Assembly: GCA_036172245.1 (NCBI GenBank)
Contig: JAYWIR010000021.1
Coordinates: forward strand, 1,736,001-1,800,000
Source: Raillietiella orientalis
Lineage: Eukaryota
DNA: 64,000 bases
Direction: 5' to 3'
Shown: positions 1 through 13,450 of the stretch, in pieces
Layout: the number at the start of each line of letters is the position of its first letter
Numbering within the stretch: position 1 is the stretch's first letter
Made by a program: the position numbers and the translations under genes
The notes under the pieces: generated by a model
The model's input: only the letters and a program-made list of their open reading frames with translations
What the model was told of the DNA's origin: nothing
The model's database searches: none

Positions 1-309
1 TTGTACAGCAAGTTAGAAAATCACATGAATAGCAGCCGAATGTACAGTGAACATGGAAAAATTCCTTACTTAAACTTGAGATTGGCAAAACAGTGTATGC
101 AGTTATTTCATACTAGATGCCCGTTTCATTGTTGTATTTTGCATTTATTGTCAAAGATTTGGATGTTTGAGAAATATTGTTATGGAAGCATTGATATGTG
201 AAATTATGATTGCAAATATTGAATATTCATTGTAGTATGTTATCATGGTGTCTACTTTTGAACATAGACTTCATTATATACATTTCAAAAAGGCATAATT
301 ATATTTCAG

Positions 310-2540
310 CCAGATTCAACTCCTAAACGTGTCTCCAGTTCTGAACTGGATAGAAATGAAGAGGAACCAAGACGAAAGCAGAAAAGGATTGTAGTCGACG
401 CAGATGTTAGTGAACGAAGTACAATGAGGCCTCCATCATTTTTGAATGCTGCCCTTCACAGTGAAAATATTCACTCTGATTTAGAATCCAAGAAAGAAAA
501 TAAAACTAACTTTAGTGAAGAAGAAAAGTTGAAAGTACTCAAGATTTTAGAAGAAGAAGAAGAAGTAAGATTGCAATAGACTTTTCTGATTTGAGCATGT
601 TAGTGGGAATACTTGTAGTTTATTCTGTGTTGATAATTTTCATTTGAACCAAGTAACCCAATTTGAATTTCTTTCTTAGATGCAGTCTAATGTAAATGTT
701 TGTCATCATTCTATTTATAATAAGTAGCACTCGTAAATGTAGATGATGTAAATTTTGTTTGTTTCCGAAAAAATGTATACTGATTTATGTTTTACATTAG
801 CCTGAACAGCTTGATGAACATCTGCTCAAGAAAATGCTACTGTCATTTGAAAAGAAAGTACTCAAGAATCAAGAACTTAGAATTAAGTTTCCTGATAACC
901 CTGAAAAGTTGTAATCTTTTCTGTTGAAACTACTTTACAAAAAAAATATTTTAGATTTATGGAATCGGAAATTGATCTCAATGAAGAAATCCAACAGTTA
1001 CATGCTATAGCTACCACTCCTGAGCTGTATAATATTTTGGTAGAACTAAATGGGATTCAAACAATTTTAGGACTTTTACCTCATGAAAATACTGATATTT
1101 CCATTGCTGTAGTTAGCCTTTTACAAGAGCTTACAGATATAGACACCCTGAATGAGAGTGAAGAAGGAGCAGCTGTGCTTATTGAATCTCTGGTGATTAT
1201 TGTCATGAAATTGTATTCATCAATGAATTTTCTTAGTTAGAAAATCAAATTTGTGCCCTCCTCATACAAAATTTGGATCGTTTGGATGAATCTGTACGAG
1301 AGGAAGCAGATGGTGTCCATAATACTTTAGGTAAATATGAAGAAAAGTATTATTTTTTCAAAGGGCGTTGTATAGCAATTGTGGAAAATATTATCGAGTT
1401 CAAGCCATATATCTCAATTGAGTTCGCACAACAAGGATTTTTAGCTTGGCTTTTGAAAAGATTGAAAGCCAAATTACCTTTTGATGCCAATAAATTATAT
1501 TGTAGTGAGATTTTTTCCATTTTGCTGCACAATCATGAGGATAATCGAAAACTGTTGGGGGAACTGGATGGCATTGATGTGCTTTTGCAGCAGTTAGCTT
1601 ATTATAAACGCCGCAATCCTTCTACAGCTGAAGAAATGGAATTTATGGAAAATCTCTTTGATACTCTATGTTGTTGTTTGCTTTATAGTCCAAACAAAGA
1701 ACGTTTCCTCAAAGGAGAAGGACTTCAGTTAATGAATCTCATGCTTAGGTAATCATTGTATTTTTGTAATTACTTTTCATGTTGGTACAGGGAAAAGAAA
1801 ATGTCTCGAAACAGTGCATTGAGAGTATTGAATCATTCAATGACAGGTCAAGAAGGAGAAGAAAACTGCAACAAATTTGTTGAAATCTTAGGATTACGCA
1901 CACTATTTCCTTTGTTTATGAAAACACCAAATAAACACAAACGCAAAGGATTGGGTGCTGATGAATATGAAGAACATATCTGTTCGATTTTGGCCAATCT
2001 TTTGCGTTCTTGTAAAGGCACTTTGCACCAGCGTGTCCTCAACAAATTTGTTGAAAATGACCATGAGAAAGTGGATCGTCTTTTAGAATTGCATTTCAAA
2101 TATTTAGAAAAAACTAGAGAGACTGACATTTTATTAGACAAAGAACGTAGGGTATGAAATTTTACATTCATAAAGTGCATCTTTCACAAGAGAATTTCAG
2201 CGTTTAGAATTTACAGAAGGTTCCATCACCCAACAGGAAGAGGAAGACTTTTATTTACGTCGTTTGGAAGGAGGTCTGTTCACACTGCAACTTGTAGATT
2301 ACATTATGCTGGAAGTTGTCACTGGGGGTGCTCCTAGCATCAAACAACGTGTTCTGCAAATTCTGAATATACGGGGAGGGTCTGTCAAGACAATTCGTAA
2401 TGTTATGAGAGGTTGGTAAAATTCGTAATGCAGTTGTAATGTACTCTTCAGAGTATGCCTCCAATCTGGGTGAAGGATGGTCTGATGATGCACAAGAGGA
2501 ACAGCAACAGAGAATTCTCAGTCTTATTGACAAATTTTGA
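310..2540 (+). CDS. CTNNBL1: Beta-catenin-like protein 1 (spliceosomal Prp19-complex subunit), multi-exon; first coding exon not resolved
   Basis: GT-AG splicing of exons 310-564, 801-907, 955-1192, 1237-1330, 1376-1748, 1791-2151, 2201-2411, 2452-2540 gives NQELRIKFPDNPEKFMESEIDL, LLPHENTDISIAVVSLLQELTD, FDANKLYCSEI, FLKGEGLQLMNLMLREKK, KFVENDHEKVDRL, FYLRRLEGGLFTLQ. Stop TGA 2538-2540. Confidence 0.95.
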
Positions 2541-2542
2541 CC

Positions 2543-2548
2543 AATAAA
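2543..2548 (+). promoter_or_regulatory. Polyadenylation signal AATAAA of CTNNBL1
   Basis: AATAAA immediately after the stop codon, followed by a T-rich tract near 2609-2632. Confidence 0.55.
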
Positions 2549-2673
2549 CTAGAATGCATTCTTCAATAGCTTGCATGTACATGGTGTAAATGTGCTGTAG
2601 TTCCCCAGTTTTTTTTTCCTTTTAAGTTTTTAACTTCAGGGTTTTATATAAAAGTTTATTTTGTTTTTGAAAT

Positions 2674-3988
2674 ATGACTGACAATTCAATTTCAATTAAA
2701 ATAAAACCGCCTGAGCACTCCAGTTCAGCGCAGAACCACCTGCACCTTATGGGATGGGATTTATCTCAATACTCACGTCCAAATCAGATAGCCATAACAA
2801 GCACTGGGGTTATTGTTTTATATTTGTTGTACGGCTATATTCTGGTAAGAGATTTCCCTGAAATATACCAAGTCCCCAGGCTTGTTTTTTATAGGAGCAT
2901 ATTTTTGTCACACCAATCTTGCGTTCTCATGGGTGGTATATTACATACATTCAATTTCTACTCTATGGAATGCTTGCCACACTTGAATTAACTGTGGGCA
3001 AATATGCCTTCAGCAGGTAAGTTTGCTTTGTTACATGCCAACAATTTCAAAACAGGATGCCTTGGAGCACTTATTTCTTGTTGGCCTTTTTAACAGTTGG
3101 AAGCATGGGTTGCTCTAACACAGGTCTTCAATACCTCAATTATCCAACTCAAGTGATATTTAAGTGCTGCAAACTTATACCAGTACTCATTGGTGGAATT
3201 TTAATTCAAGGGAAACAGTATACGATTGTTGACTTTCTTGCTGCAGCTCTCATGAGCTTTGGGCTTATCATTGTCACTTTGACAGATTCTGTGATATCTC
3301 CTACTTTTGACATTCATGGTACATATTCATTTCCTTGAACATGTAGAAATGTGTACTGTTTCAGGTGTTTTGTTGATCACTATTGCATTGTTATTTGATG
3401 GAGCCATTGGAAACTTTCAAGAAAAAACAATGAGAAAGGAAACTGCAACTAATGCAGAAATAGTGTGTTTTTCGTATTTGATTGGTGCTTTTTATATTTT
3501 TATTGGCTTGCTAGTTACTGGCAGGTTTTTGGAAGGAGTACATGCATTACAAAAGGTTATATTTACAAAATGTGTGGTTCTAACATCAGCATATTTCAGA
3601 ATCCGTGGGAAAATTATTTTAGTATATTTTTGCTTTCAGTGACAGGCTATTTGGGTGTTCAGATTGTCTTACTTTTAGTACGCACATGTGGAGCTTTCCT
3701 TGCAATGACAATAACTACATTTAGGAAATTAATTAGCATTTTTTGCTCTTTTTTGTTTTTTGCCAAACCTTTTAATATTCAGTAAGTCTTCTAATGATTT
3801 TGAAAATGAATCATGCACTTCTCTATAGATATGTCTGGGGTGGAATTATTGTTTTTCTGGGTGTGTACCTTCATGTTGGTAACAAGGCAAATCTACACCT
3901 CAAGTTATGGAAAACTTTGCGAAACAACCTAGTAGTTTCAGTAAAAAGTGGTTTCCGGAATATCAAATACACGACAACGGAAATTTAA
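2674..3988 (+). CDS. SLC35B3: PAPS transporter 2 (SLC35B/UAA family nucleotide-sugar transporter), multi-exon
   Basis: YLLYGYIL, LQYLNYPTQVIFKCCKLIPVLIGGILIQGK, DGAIGNFQEK, TTFRKLISIFCSFLFFAKPF, YVWGG motifs split by ~40-70 nt introns; these match the SLC35B3 subfamily. Confidence 0.9.
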
Positions 3989-4118
3989 TCATTGAAAAAA
4001 AAAAAAGCAAACAAATCTGGATATGTATTAGCTTCTGTGATCTGAATAATTCACAATAAAGTTTACTGAAGGAAGTGTTTCATCCATCCATTGTTCTCCA
4101 CTTTAAATTCAGCATCCA

Positions 4119-6097
4119 CTAAGAGGTAGCCTTTCTATTATTAATTTTTTGGCTCTGTGACCATACTGCAAATGCTTCTTTGGCAACTCTTACAAGCTCT
4201 TCATCATAACTCCGACATATAACATGAATTGTGATTTCTTGAAAACTAAAAAAACACAAGTAAACAAAATATTTTCTGCTTAAGAATACCAAGATGCTTA
4301 GCAAGTCTCGTTTTCTCTTGCAAAAATAACCATTTAGAGTTTGCGAATTGGCAGGTATTCGGCTTTTCTGCATCAACTGATTAGTCATGCAGCTTGTCAA
4401 TTTTATAGAACAAAATCATATGATAATAAACTATTATTTTTAGAATTAACATGAGTTGTCAAAACATAATTTAAGAACACGCCAAACTATCCTTGCTTTC
4501 AATTGCAAGTACTCGAAAATTCGAGTTGGCTTACCACTCTGGTAACAGCTTTGAAATTTGAGGTAACTCAATTCGTTTAATGGAAGCCGTTTCCTTTTTG
4601 GAATAAAATCCTACTGAATCTAATGGATTCCTGTCTTCCATACCAAAGTTGCGTCGCTGAATAACCATAATCAGTTTGTCATGAGGAAAATTATCTGGCA
4701 GAAAACTCCAGAATTCATTTTGCAGTTGTTCCAATATAGGCTATGTTTCATTCAGGCTTGTAAAAAAAAAAATCGCACAATCTAACCTCCTGACACATAG
4801 GCACTGTACCGCCAATGTAAGGGTACATTCTTCTTTCCAGAATAGAACGAAAAATATTTTGGGCATCCTGTAATTCAACCACAGGGCTCCACATAATCAT
4901 ATCAAAAATGCTATCTGTCAGTTTAGTGAACACTTCCATATCATTAATGGCTTCTGACAATAATGAAGCAGTACTGATAACATTGGAAATTTAAAGCTTA
5001 ATTACCCAAGTTATTACTTACCCCATGGAATTGGTTATAAAAAAATGAGGATTAGCTTTCCTTAATCCATCTAGTAACCTAGAAAAAATCATGGCAAAAC
5101 TGAATGAAAAGTTTCAACTGACGTACATTATTTCAATGATAGTTGTCAGCTTATGTTGATATGCATGGCGATGTAAAAGATGTCGGGTATAGAACATCTC
5201 ATAAATATTACTTGCTTCTTTATCTCTCAAACAAATTTGAGTTTCGTCTCCATTTACCATAATTACTCTAGCTGATTTCAAAAGGCGGCTATGGTCAAAA
5301 GTGAGTTTCAGTGCCAAATTCTGACAATCACGAGAGCAATAATCCCATTTATCAACATCTATACCATTTCTTCTATTTGCAACGATCTACAACATATCTA
5401 GTTTGCGTAATACTTATTTTGCAATATACATCATATAAAAAAGCTTTCGATTTAGGTCTTCCTTTATATGGCCACCCTTTCGCAGCAGAATATTCTACTG
5501 GCCCAGCTATCTGTTCTTTTATGAAAAGTATATCCTGGTCATCCAGACCCCAAAGATAAAAATGTTGTTTGAGATCGTTACACGTTATGAGGTGATCAAA
5601 CATGCTGACTGATGTTTGTTCATGCTAGAACATCAATAGACTTTCACTAATGCTTAGATAATTACCTTCCATGTGGTTGCATCAGCATTTGTAATGTGTA
5701 CAAACTTTTCCCATGTATGAGAAAATGGTCCATGACCTAAATCGTGGCATAATCCAGCTATTTCCACACAGAGAATATCTTCATCGGTTATTTCAATCTC
5801 TCCTGCATGCTTATTTTTAAGTTCCCGAATTAACAGCCCAGCAAGATGACACACTCTAAATAAGACTAAGTGAATTGACTAAACAAAATAATTTATGAAT
5901 TACCCCAAGGAGTGCTCAAACCGAGTATGATTTGCACCAGGATAAACAAAATGTAAAATGCCTAACTGTCTTATTCCTCGAAGTCGTTGGAACTGCACCG
6001 TATCAACAATTTTCACACACAGTGGATGCAATTCAACGTATCCATGAACATTATCATTAAAAATCTTTGTATTTGACTGTTTTTCAATCTGAGCCAT
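4119..6097 (-). CDS. SAMHD1: SAMHD1-like HD-domain dNTP triphosphohydrolase (no SAM domain)
   Basis: ATG 6097: [97 protein letters not shown]. Metal-binding H/HD/D residues present. Stop at 4119-4121. Confidence 0.92.
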
Positions 6098-6247
6098 ATC
6101 AATTGGATTTAAAATGACAATTGCAACCTTGAAATTATAACAGAAAACATGAAAAACCAGAAAACACACTGTTCAAAAATTAACTGCATTGAATGAAAAA
6201 AAATTTAATTTGCAATAAGTAAAAAGTACTGATTTCATTAAATTATA

Positions 6248-9200
6248 TTACAGTTGAAGTACTTGAAGTGTTACAGTTACAACACCATTATCATCAGGTA
6301 TATTGTTGTCTTTTTCAGACTGAACCAAAAGTTTTTCTAGTAATGTTGTGATTCCTTTGCTGTTTATTAAGACTTTAAGTTTGATGTTATCAATTGCTAA
6401 TGCCCAAATGCTTTCTGTTATCAGTAATTTGTAGGTTAAAGGTGTACTACTGCTCAGAACTGACTGAACAATAAGCCAAAAATCATCTAGAAACTTAAAT
6501 CATTTATATGAATCCCTAAGGTTTCTTACCTTGATGTGATAACCTCTTCCTATTTGCTGGGTTCATGCTCAAATTCCTCAAAATCAATATGCAATTGAGC
6601 ATACAAATGTCATGCTTCTGTTTCATGAGAAAAAACAAAGAATCTACGATGCGCCATAAGAAATGATTGCATTCATAATGCCAAGATAATGACACAAGTA
6701 GTTCTAGACAAAGCTTCAAGGCATTCAAATGATGCAGCTGCTTTTTACTTGGTGCATAGAAAAATGCACTAATACTTTCAAGGAGAACACTCTATCCAAT
6801 AAATCAAAGTTTCAAATTCAAATTTCCAAATGTACCTTTCCAAGATGAATACGGCATTCTGATGATACAGATGCCAGATTGATCAGAAGCTGTAGTAAAA
6901 GGCAAATACCATTATCACTGTGTGCCAGAACTCTGAACCCATCTTTAGTTGTACTTAAGATTTCATGGAACAATGATCCGACAAAATGACTGTTTTGTCC
7001 AGAATATGCTGCAGAACCTGGATAGAAACACAAGAAGGCTGCTGCTGCTGCAAAAGGGTTCTCTATAGCATGGCTTTAACAACATTCACATGTACCTTCT
7101 TTAGAGCAATAACTGAATGTGCAGAGACATGTGAGAAGAGCTGTTCTCACATGTTTTCCATAATTCCATAACTCAATGAAAAAATTTATAATATCCAAAG
7201 CATTCCCTGCTTCTCGACCTTCTGGATAAGTATAAAAAAAATTGCCCAAAAGTTCTAAATGTAAATTGACTTGTGCATAAATCTATAGAATAACAAATGC
7301 CAAAAAATATGCCAAACTTGATTCTGCCTTTACCTCTTTCTTCTTCAGTAATTTGGATGATATTGTTCTTTGTGTTAAAAGGGATCTGATTTTATGCATC
7401 ACAATCTGTAGGAAGCTCATATGTAATACTGTCTCCTTGGCTGTATGGGAGACCAGCAGAAGATTTTTGAGACATTTCACAAATTGCAAATTTTCTGATT
7501 TGCATAGTCTGGAAAGCAAACTTCTGGCTAAATAACTACTGAGACAAGTGGTGTCATTCTCCAAAAGCACATCATCCAGAAGAGAACATAATGGAGTTCT
7601 GGTGACTTCCAAAGTTCCAAATCGAATTTCATAATGAAATAACTGGTTCAAAAATGTACATAAATGAAGTGCATCCAACTCAGCAATCTTGTCATCTAAA
7701 AACCACACAATACTTCTGGCAAGATGAGTCCACAAATGGTCACACAGTGGTATAAAATGAACATGAATCCATGTTGGGTCACATGTGAGTAAGGTAGATA
7801 ACAAGCGCAATATTGACAAAGCTTCATTGGTTTGGTTCTTTGCTTGCATCTGATCTAAAATATCAAATCTGAATCTAAACCGAAAGTCCCATAATTACTT
7901 ACAATGACTAATCTTACAAAACAGTTTCAAAAGTAGATCTAAAAAGGAATCATCATTACTCAAATACAGAGATGCTTCACATTGCACAGACACATATGAC
8001 ATCAGGAAACGGGAAGCACTACCACAGGTTTTTCCTAATAAAACTCCATCCTCACAAAACTCCAAAACGAATTTTAAAAACCTATAGAAAATAAAGCATT
8101 TTCCAGAAAATACATGCTCGTTTTTATTTTATCATTTGGGGATATGATCAGAAATCTGAATCAAAGGGACTCATACCTTTTGACTAAATCTACAAATTGA
8201 TTTTTCTCTTCATGACTCAAGCGTTCTGATTCAAGTATAAACAAATTATTATAAAAGTCACAGTAAAACTTGAACATCCGAAATCGGAGTTCATTTGAAA
8301 CTCCTTTTAGGTCTTGAAGTTTTTCAAGACCAGGTGTCACTAAATTACATGAATCACTCTCCTTGGTCAAACTGATTAAGGAAGAAGTCATGTTTGTAAA
8401 TAGTTGCTTTCTCTGTGATTTATCCAAAAGCACCTGCCGGGAACAAGGTTTAGTCACGTAACACAACATTTAAGGTACTCACAACTTACATGTGCAGCAT
8501 TTCCTGAACAAACATGCATGTCACCTGATGAATACATCCTATTTGTTACAAGTATCAAAACTTGAAGAGCTTTTATGTGAACAGTTGGAGTTTCCTCATC
8601 ATTCAAAATAAACCTAATCATTCATCTGAATCTTTTGCAAAGAATCCACCAAGATTTTCATACCACACAGCCACTTCACATATGGAGATCCCCATGAAAG
8701 AAACAACTTCTTTGTCTAATCCTAATAAGCAAAATAGTAGTAAAAGGGCTAAGCCTGCTTCTCGTACATCTGCTTCCCTGTACGACAGCAAAGTGGGAAT
8801 CCACAAAAACTTATCACATGAATTATTACTTTCAAGCAAAGAGTTGGTTAACTGAAATCATGCTCATAAAATTTTTTCCTGAATTTAAAACTTACTTTAA
8901 AATGGTCAAGATTTTTTACATTTTTGCTTTCTATCAAAATGTGACACAAACACATCGCAGCATTTGCTGTTATAGCACACCCCATAAATGAGTTTGTACA
9001 TTTTCCTCGTCCTACGTGGAACATAGCAAGGATTTTCAGGAGACTAGTTATCATCGCAGAAACTAGCTCATCAAGATTCTCTTCAGAAAGTCTAGAACTC
9101 CATCCATAATGAACTGTTGCTTGAAGAAGGCACTCAAGACATGCTTCCAAAAACTCTAAATATAATTAGAGCTAAATCGACAGTATAATTTCTAGATACC

Positions 9201-12200
9201 TAAATTATGAAAATCACGCACAGAAATGCTCGTATTCAAGCATCTAGGAATCCATTCCAAGAGCTGAATCTGCAGATCTCGAAATTCTGAATTTGAACAT
9301 TTCATCATGAGTAAAGAACAAAATTTGATAGCATTTATTAAACTGTAATCTACCTCATTATGAGCAAAATGTTTCGTAAACAAAATTCTTTGGAAAGTAG
9401 GCTTATGATTTAAAAAGTCAAATAATATTTCTTTTTCTAAACAAAACGAGCCGTTTCTTAATAGAAAAATAAAACTACGCATAACTTCAAAATAAAGCAT
9501 TTCTGCCTCTTTAGAAGATACTGAATCAAAAAGCTTGTCCAATGCCTTTTTCCATTGCTGCACATGAATTCCTGATTTAAAACAATCCACATGGTGACTA
9601 ACAGAACACAAGTTAGCATGATCCCTGAGCCACTGCTGTACCATTATGAGTATTTGTAGTTTCGCAAACAAATGATATTTAGAAACAGAATACATCTGAT
9701 CTTCACAGATATCACTTATCAATTCTAAAGTAATAAAGGGGATATGAAAACATTGCAACATAAACAATACAGAAGATGGTAATGCTGCAGAAACACTTGC
9801 ATTAAGTAGGGCATTCCATCCCCCGTGGTAATAACTGATCCAGTGAGAATTTAAATATTCAGACACATATTGTCGAATTGATGTGTTTTTATAAAATGCA
9901 AACTGCATAAAAGAAGGGCCAGGAAGAGAATTGGGATTTTTTTCATCATATGGCATGTATTCACAAGGGCTGCGATAATGTTTCAGAATCACATAGGGAA
10001 AGGATAAACAAACAGTATCTTCATATTCTACCAATTGAATACACTCCTTGAAGACAAGGGAAAATAAGAGCCGACAAGCTAAATGCTCACTTTCAAAATG
10101 AGTATCTTCTAGCATGAGTACTAGGTAGAAATACTGATATTTTGATGATTAATTGGGTTGCATTACCTTTTATTAACAATTTATAAGGAAATTCTTCCAT
10201 GAAAATATCTTCTGCAAGCAACTCGCTGAAGATAATATATTGATTCAACAACTTAAGTAGAAGAACCATAACTTGTCTACTGGAAACTGACTGATTCTTG
10301 AGATATAATTTTTAGCAAAAACTGATTAGAATTTTACAAACCTGCAAACAGGTCTCCAACAAATTTATTAATAAAGAAAACACCTGTTCTTTCTGAAAAA
10401 CTTTTGCAGCTCCAGAACAGTTACTTAATTCTATAAGCTTTTCTAGATATGAAATGTGGTCAGAGCTCTTGCCCTTTTTGAGTAACTTAATGGTACTTTC
10501 TAATTCCTGCTATAATTGAATGCATGTAGAAAGGACATGCCCAAAAGGTATACATACCATATCATGATGGTCAACATGTGGGAGGCATTCTTCAGAAAGA
10601 GAATGTAAAGAATGAGAATTCTCTATTCTTTTGAAAAGATAAGAAAGTTTATGGGAGTCTTCACAACCACCAAAAGCCAAATACATAATACGGATTGCAG
10701 CTTTATTCTGAATTTCTTTGTCGTGATGAAATAGAAAGCGAATGTTGGCCCTTAAGCACTACTGAAAATAATTAATTAGTCCAACAGGTACCAGAAAATA
10801 CCTGTATGGGTGACAAACTAAGTGGATTCTTGTCATCTACCATAGTCAGCATTTGTACGATGATAGAAAACAAGCCAGTCTTACATGACGCCATTTGGAA
10901 ATATGGCAAAATCTGCAGAAATTCTGATTTAAAATGACTCCATAATTCACTTGCCATGAAAGAACCGCTATTCAGAAGATAAAGCAAAATTTGTTCCACA
11001 ATCAGGGCATCTGAACTAAATAAACCATAACAAATCATCTCTTTCAAGATTTGCCTATCTATGAAATAAAGCATTTGCTTCTCTTCTTTCATGTGTTTCT
11101 TCGAATCGCCATTTATCAGTGGATTCAAACATTGCTTGATGTACTTGAAATATTCGATATAAGTGCAGTTCCGAATTTTATCATCATAATGAGCAAATAA
11201 GGACAACAACACTTTAATTCCTTCCTCTAGTGTTTCTGCATATAGTTCGTGATTATTGAGAGCTCTTCTACATAGAGTGGCATACAAGCAAATGAATTTC
11301 TCAACGAAAGGCTGCCAATTTATGAAAGGCAGGCATGAAACAGCCTGATAAGCAACTGATAACATTTGCATATCGATTGCCTCTCTATCAATCAGAAAAT
11401 CACATGCTTTTTCCATTGCAAGACAAATTTCCCTAACACTGTTACAAAATTTGGCATAATTTGATTCTGCAGCAAACAAATATTCTATCAAATGAAATGC
11501 TGAACAAGGAAACATTACATCCAAAAACGGATCCAGAAAGCACACAGTCAACATTTTGGGAGTTTTGTGTGTCAAAACACTAGACAAATATTCACGAGGA
11601 ACAAATGCATTTAACAACTTCATCAAGAGTAGAAATTGCACCAAATACATGAACTTCCGAAATCTTTGAACTTGACCCTGATTAATTCTGTGCTGATGCA
11701 GCATTTTAATGAGAGTTATAATAATTTTTCGTATCACTTTGCAGCATTCTTGGGCATGAACGCTAGTATCTTTCCACAATGTAGCAACAACCACATTTTG
11801 CTGCATTAGAGACACGATCTGTTCCATTAGAAAAAGGTATTTAATGATAACATGATAATCTTCTTTATCCAGACACTGGATTCCCTGAAGCATAGTTAAT
11901 GCACAAAAACGAGGTAAAGTCCACTTTTGTTGTGTTGCATCACACAGAACAAAGGGAAATGTATTGGTGACAAATAAGTTCTCCTGTTTAAAAGATGTTA
12001 AATTACTTGAGCACCAAAGATCTGAATAACTGAAATGTGTCTGGATTTATCGATAGAAAAAAGTTCAATAATGCTTACAGAGTAGCTCCCACAATACCTA
12101 TACATATTCACACAAAAGCACAAACGCTGTACCAAACATATTAGGCATTCCAAGACTGCTAATGCAGAATTCGAATTCTTCTTGTCCTCCACAGTTCGGG

Positions 12201-13222
12201 ACAAAGCTCTCAAAAGTTGCTAGACAGGAATTATATATCTTAAAACATTAAACAAATGCAGTTCATATACAAAACATGCAGTTACTAGACAATAAAATTA
12301 CATAAGCACTTTTACAGACAAGGAAATTTTGAATATTACATACTCCTATTATTTTAGGATACCCCAATATTACTTCAGGTGGAAAATCTTTGAATAAAAC
12401 TTCATTTACAAATTGACAAGCCTCTAAAAATTCTATTTGTCCTTTCTCCAACACTCGTTTATCTATTTTCTGTAAGATTTCAATGTCTACAGCAATTAAA
12501 TGCATCAATGGCAAATACAAAATAGTGAAGCAAGTAGAATCCTGAGAAACTGGTGAAGACATGACGTTTGAAGCATCTTCCTTTTCTTCTTGTAAAGAAC
12601 TACTAGCATCATGCAAAAACAAAGATGCTTCTAATATTTCCTCATCTGATACTGAATTAAACCATGAATCAAAAATTGATACTAGATTTTCATTATTGTC
12701 CAGATCTTCTTGTTTCATAGAAGGGGATGTAATTTGTTCATTCAAACTTAGGGAACTGGAAACTGTTGCCTGAATAGAACACTTTCCAAGAATACCAAGT
12801 AATGTATTGACAGCATTATGAATCTCTGAACTTGACTTGTTCAACAATCTTTTAAACACACTGTCTGCATTCAACTTGTGCAAACACTGAATTGCATGAG
12901 AATGCTAAAATCAGAAAAAACAGAATAATTACATGAATTCTATGTCTAGGTACTTACTTGACAAAGTTGGATTAGAAGAAATAAAACTTCTGATATCTGT
13001 TGTTCATCAGAGGAAACTGAGATCCAGAAAAGTGTATGATTCAAAAAACTCTCATGAAAGACAAGATCACTTTCACTAATTAGACCAACATGAAAACGAG
13101 TCAAAATTGTATCCATGGCATCCATCCGGATCTGTTTTATATGATGCGCTGAAAGAACATTATAAAATGCACCCCAAGGATTCAATCATACTCAATTTCG
13201 GAACTGAATCTGAAAGCAACAT
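6248..13222 (-). CDS. RTTN: Rotatin (large ARM/HEAT centrosomal/basal-body protein), many exons, divergent
   Basis: Spliced N-terminus MLLSDSVPKLTHHIKQIRMDAMDTILTRFHVGLISESDL resembles the rotatin N-terminal motif. Also LFKDFPPEVIL, RFLFHHDKEI, WIPTLLSYREADVREAGL, ILRNLSMNPANR, and ESIWALAIDNIKLK near the C-terminus. Stop TAA at 6248-6250. Confidence 0.82.
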
Positions 13223-13450
13223 GTTCGATCAAGAACATTACAATTACTAACAGACTAGGAATGCATAGCACTTGTCTGAATTCATAATAATTTTGCATCG
13301 GATTTCGCATAGAATAAATAAATTCTTTTTTTCTAGCATATATACTATCACATTTTTCATGGACATTACGATGCAACAACCTAGCATGAAACTGATAGTT
13401 TATTTAATAACAACTATATGCAAAAAAAATCCAATTACTGTAGATTCTCA

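Noticed and set aside
8440..8490. CCTTAAA...TTAC on - as a U12 AT-AC intron in RTTN
   Set aside because: No ATATCC/GTATCC donor; a normal GTAAGT..CAG intron keeps the frame.
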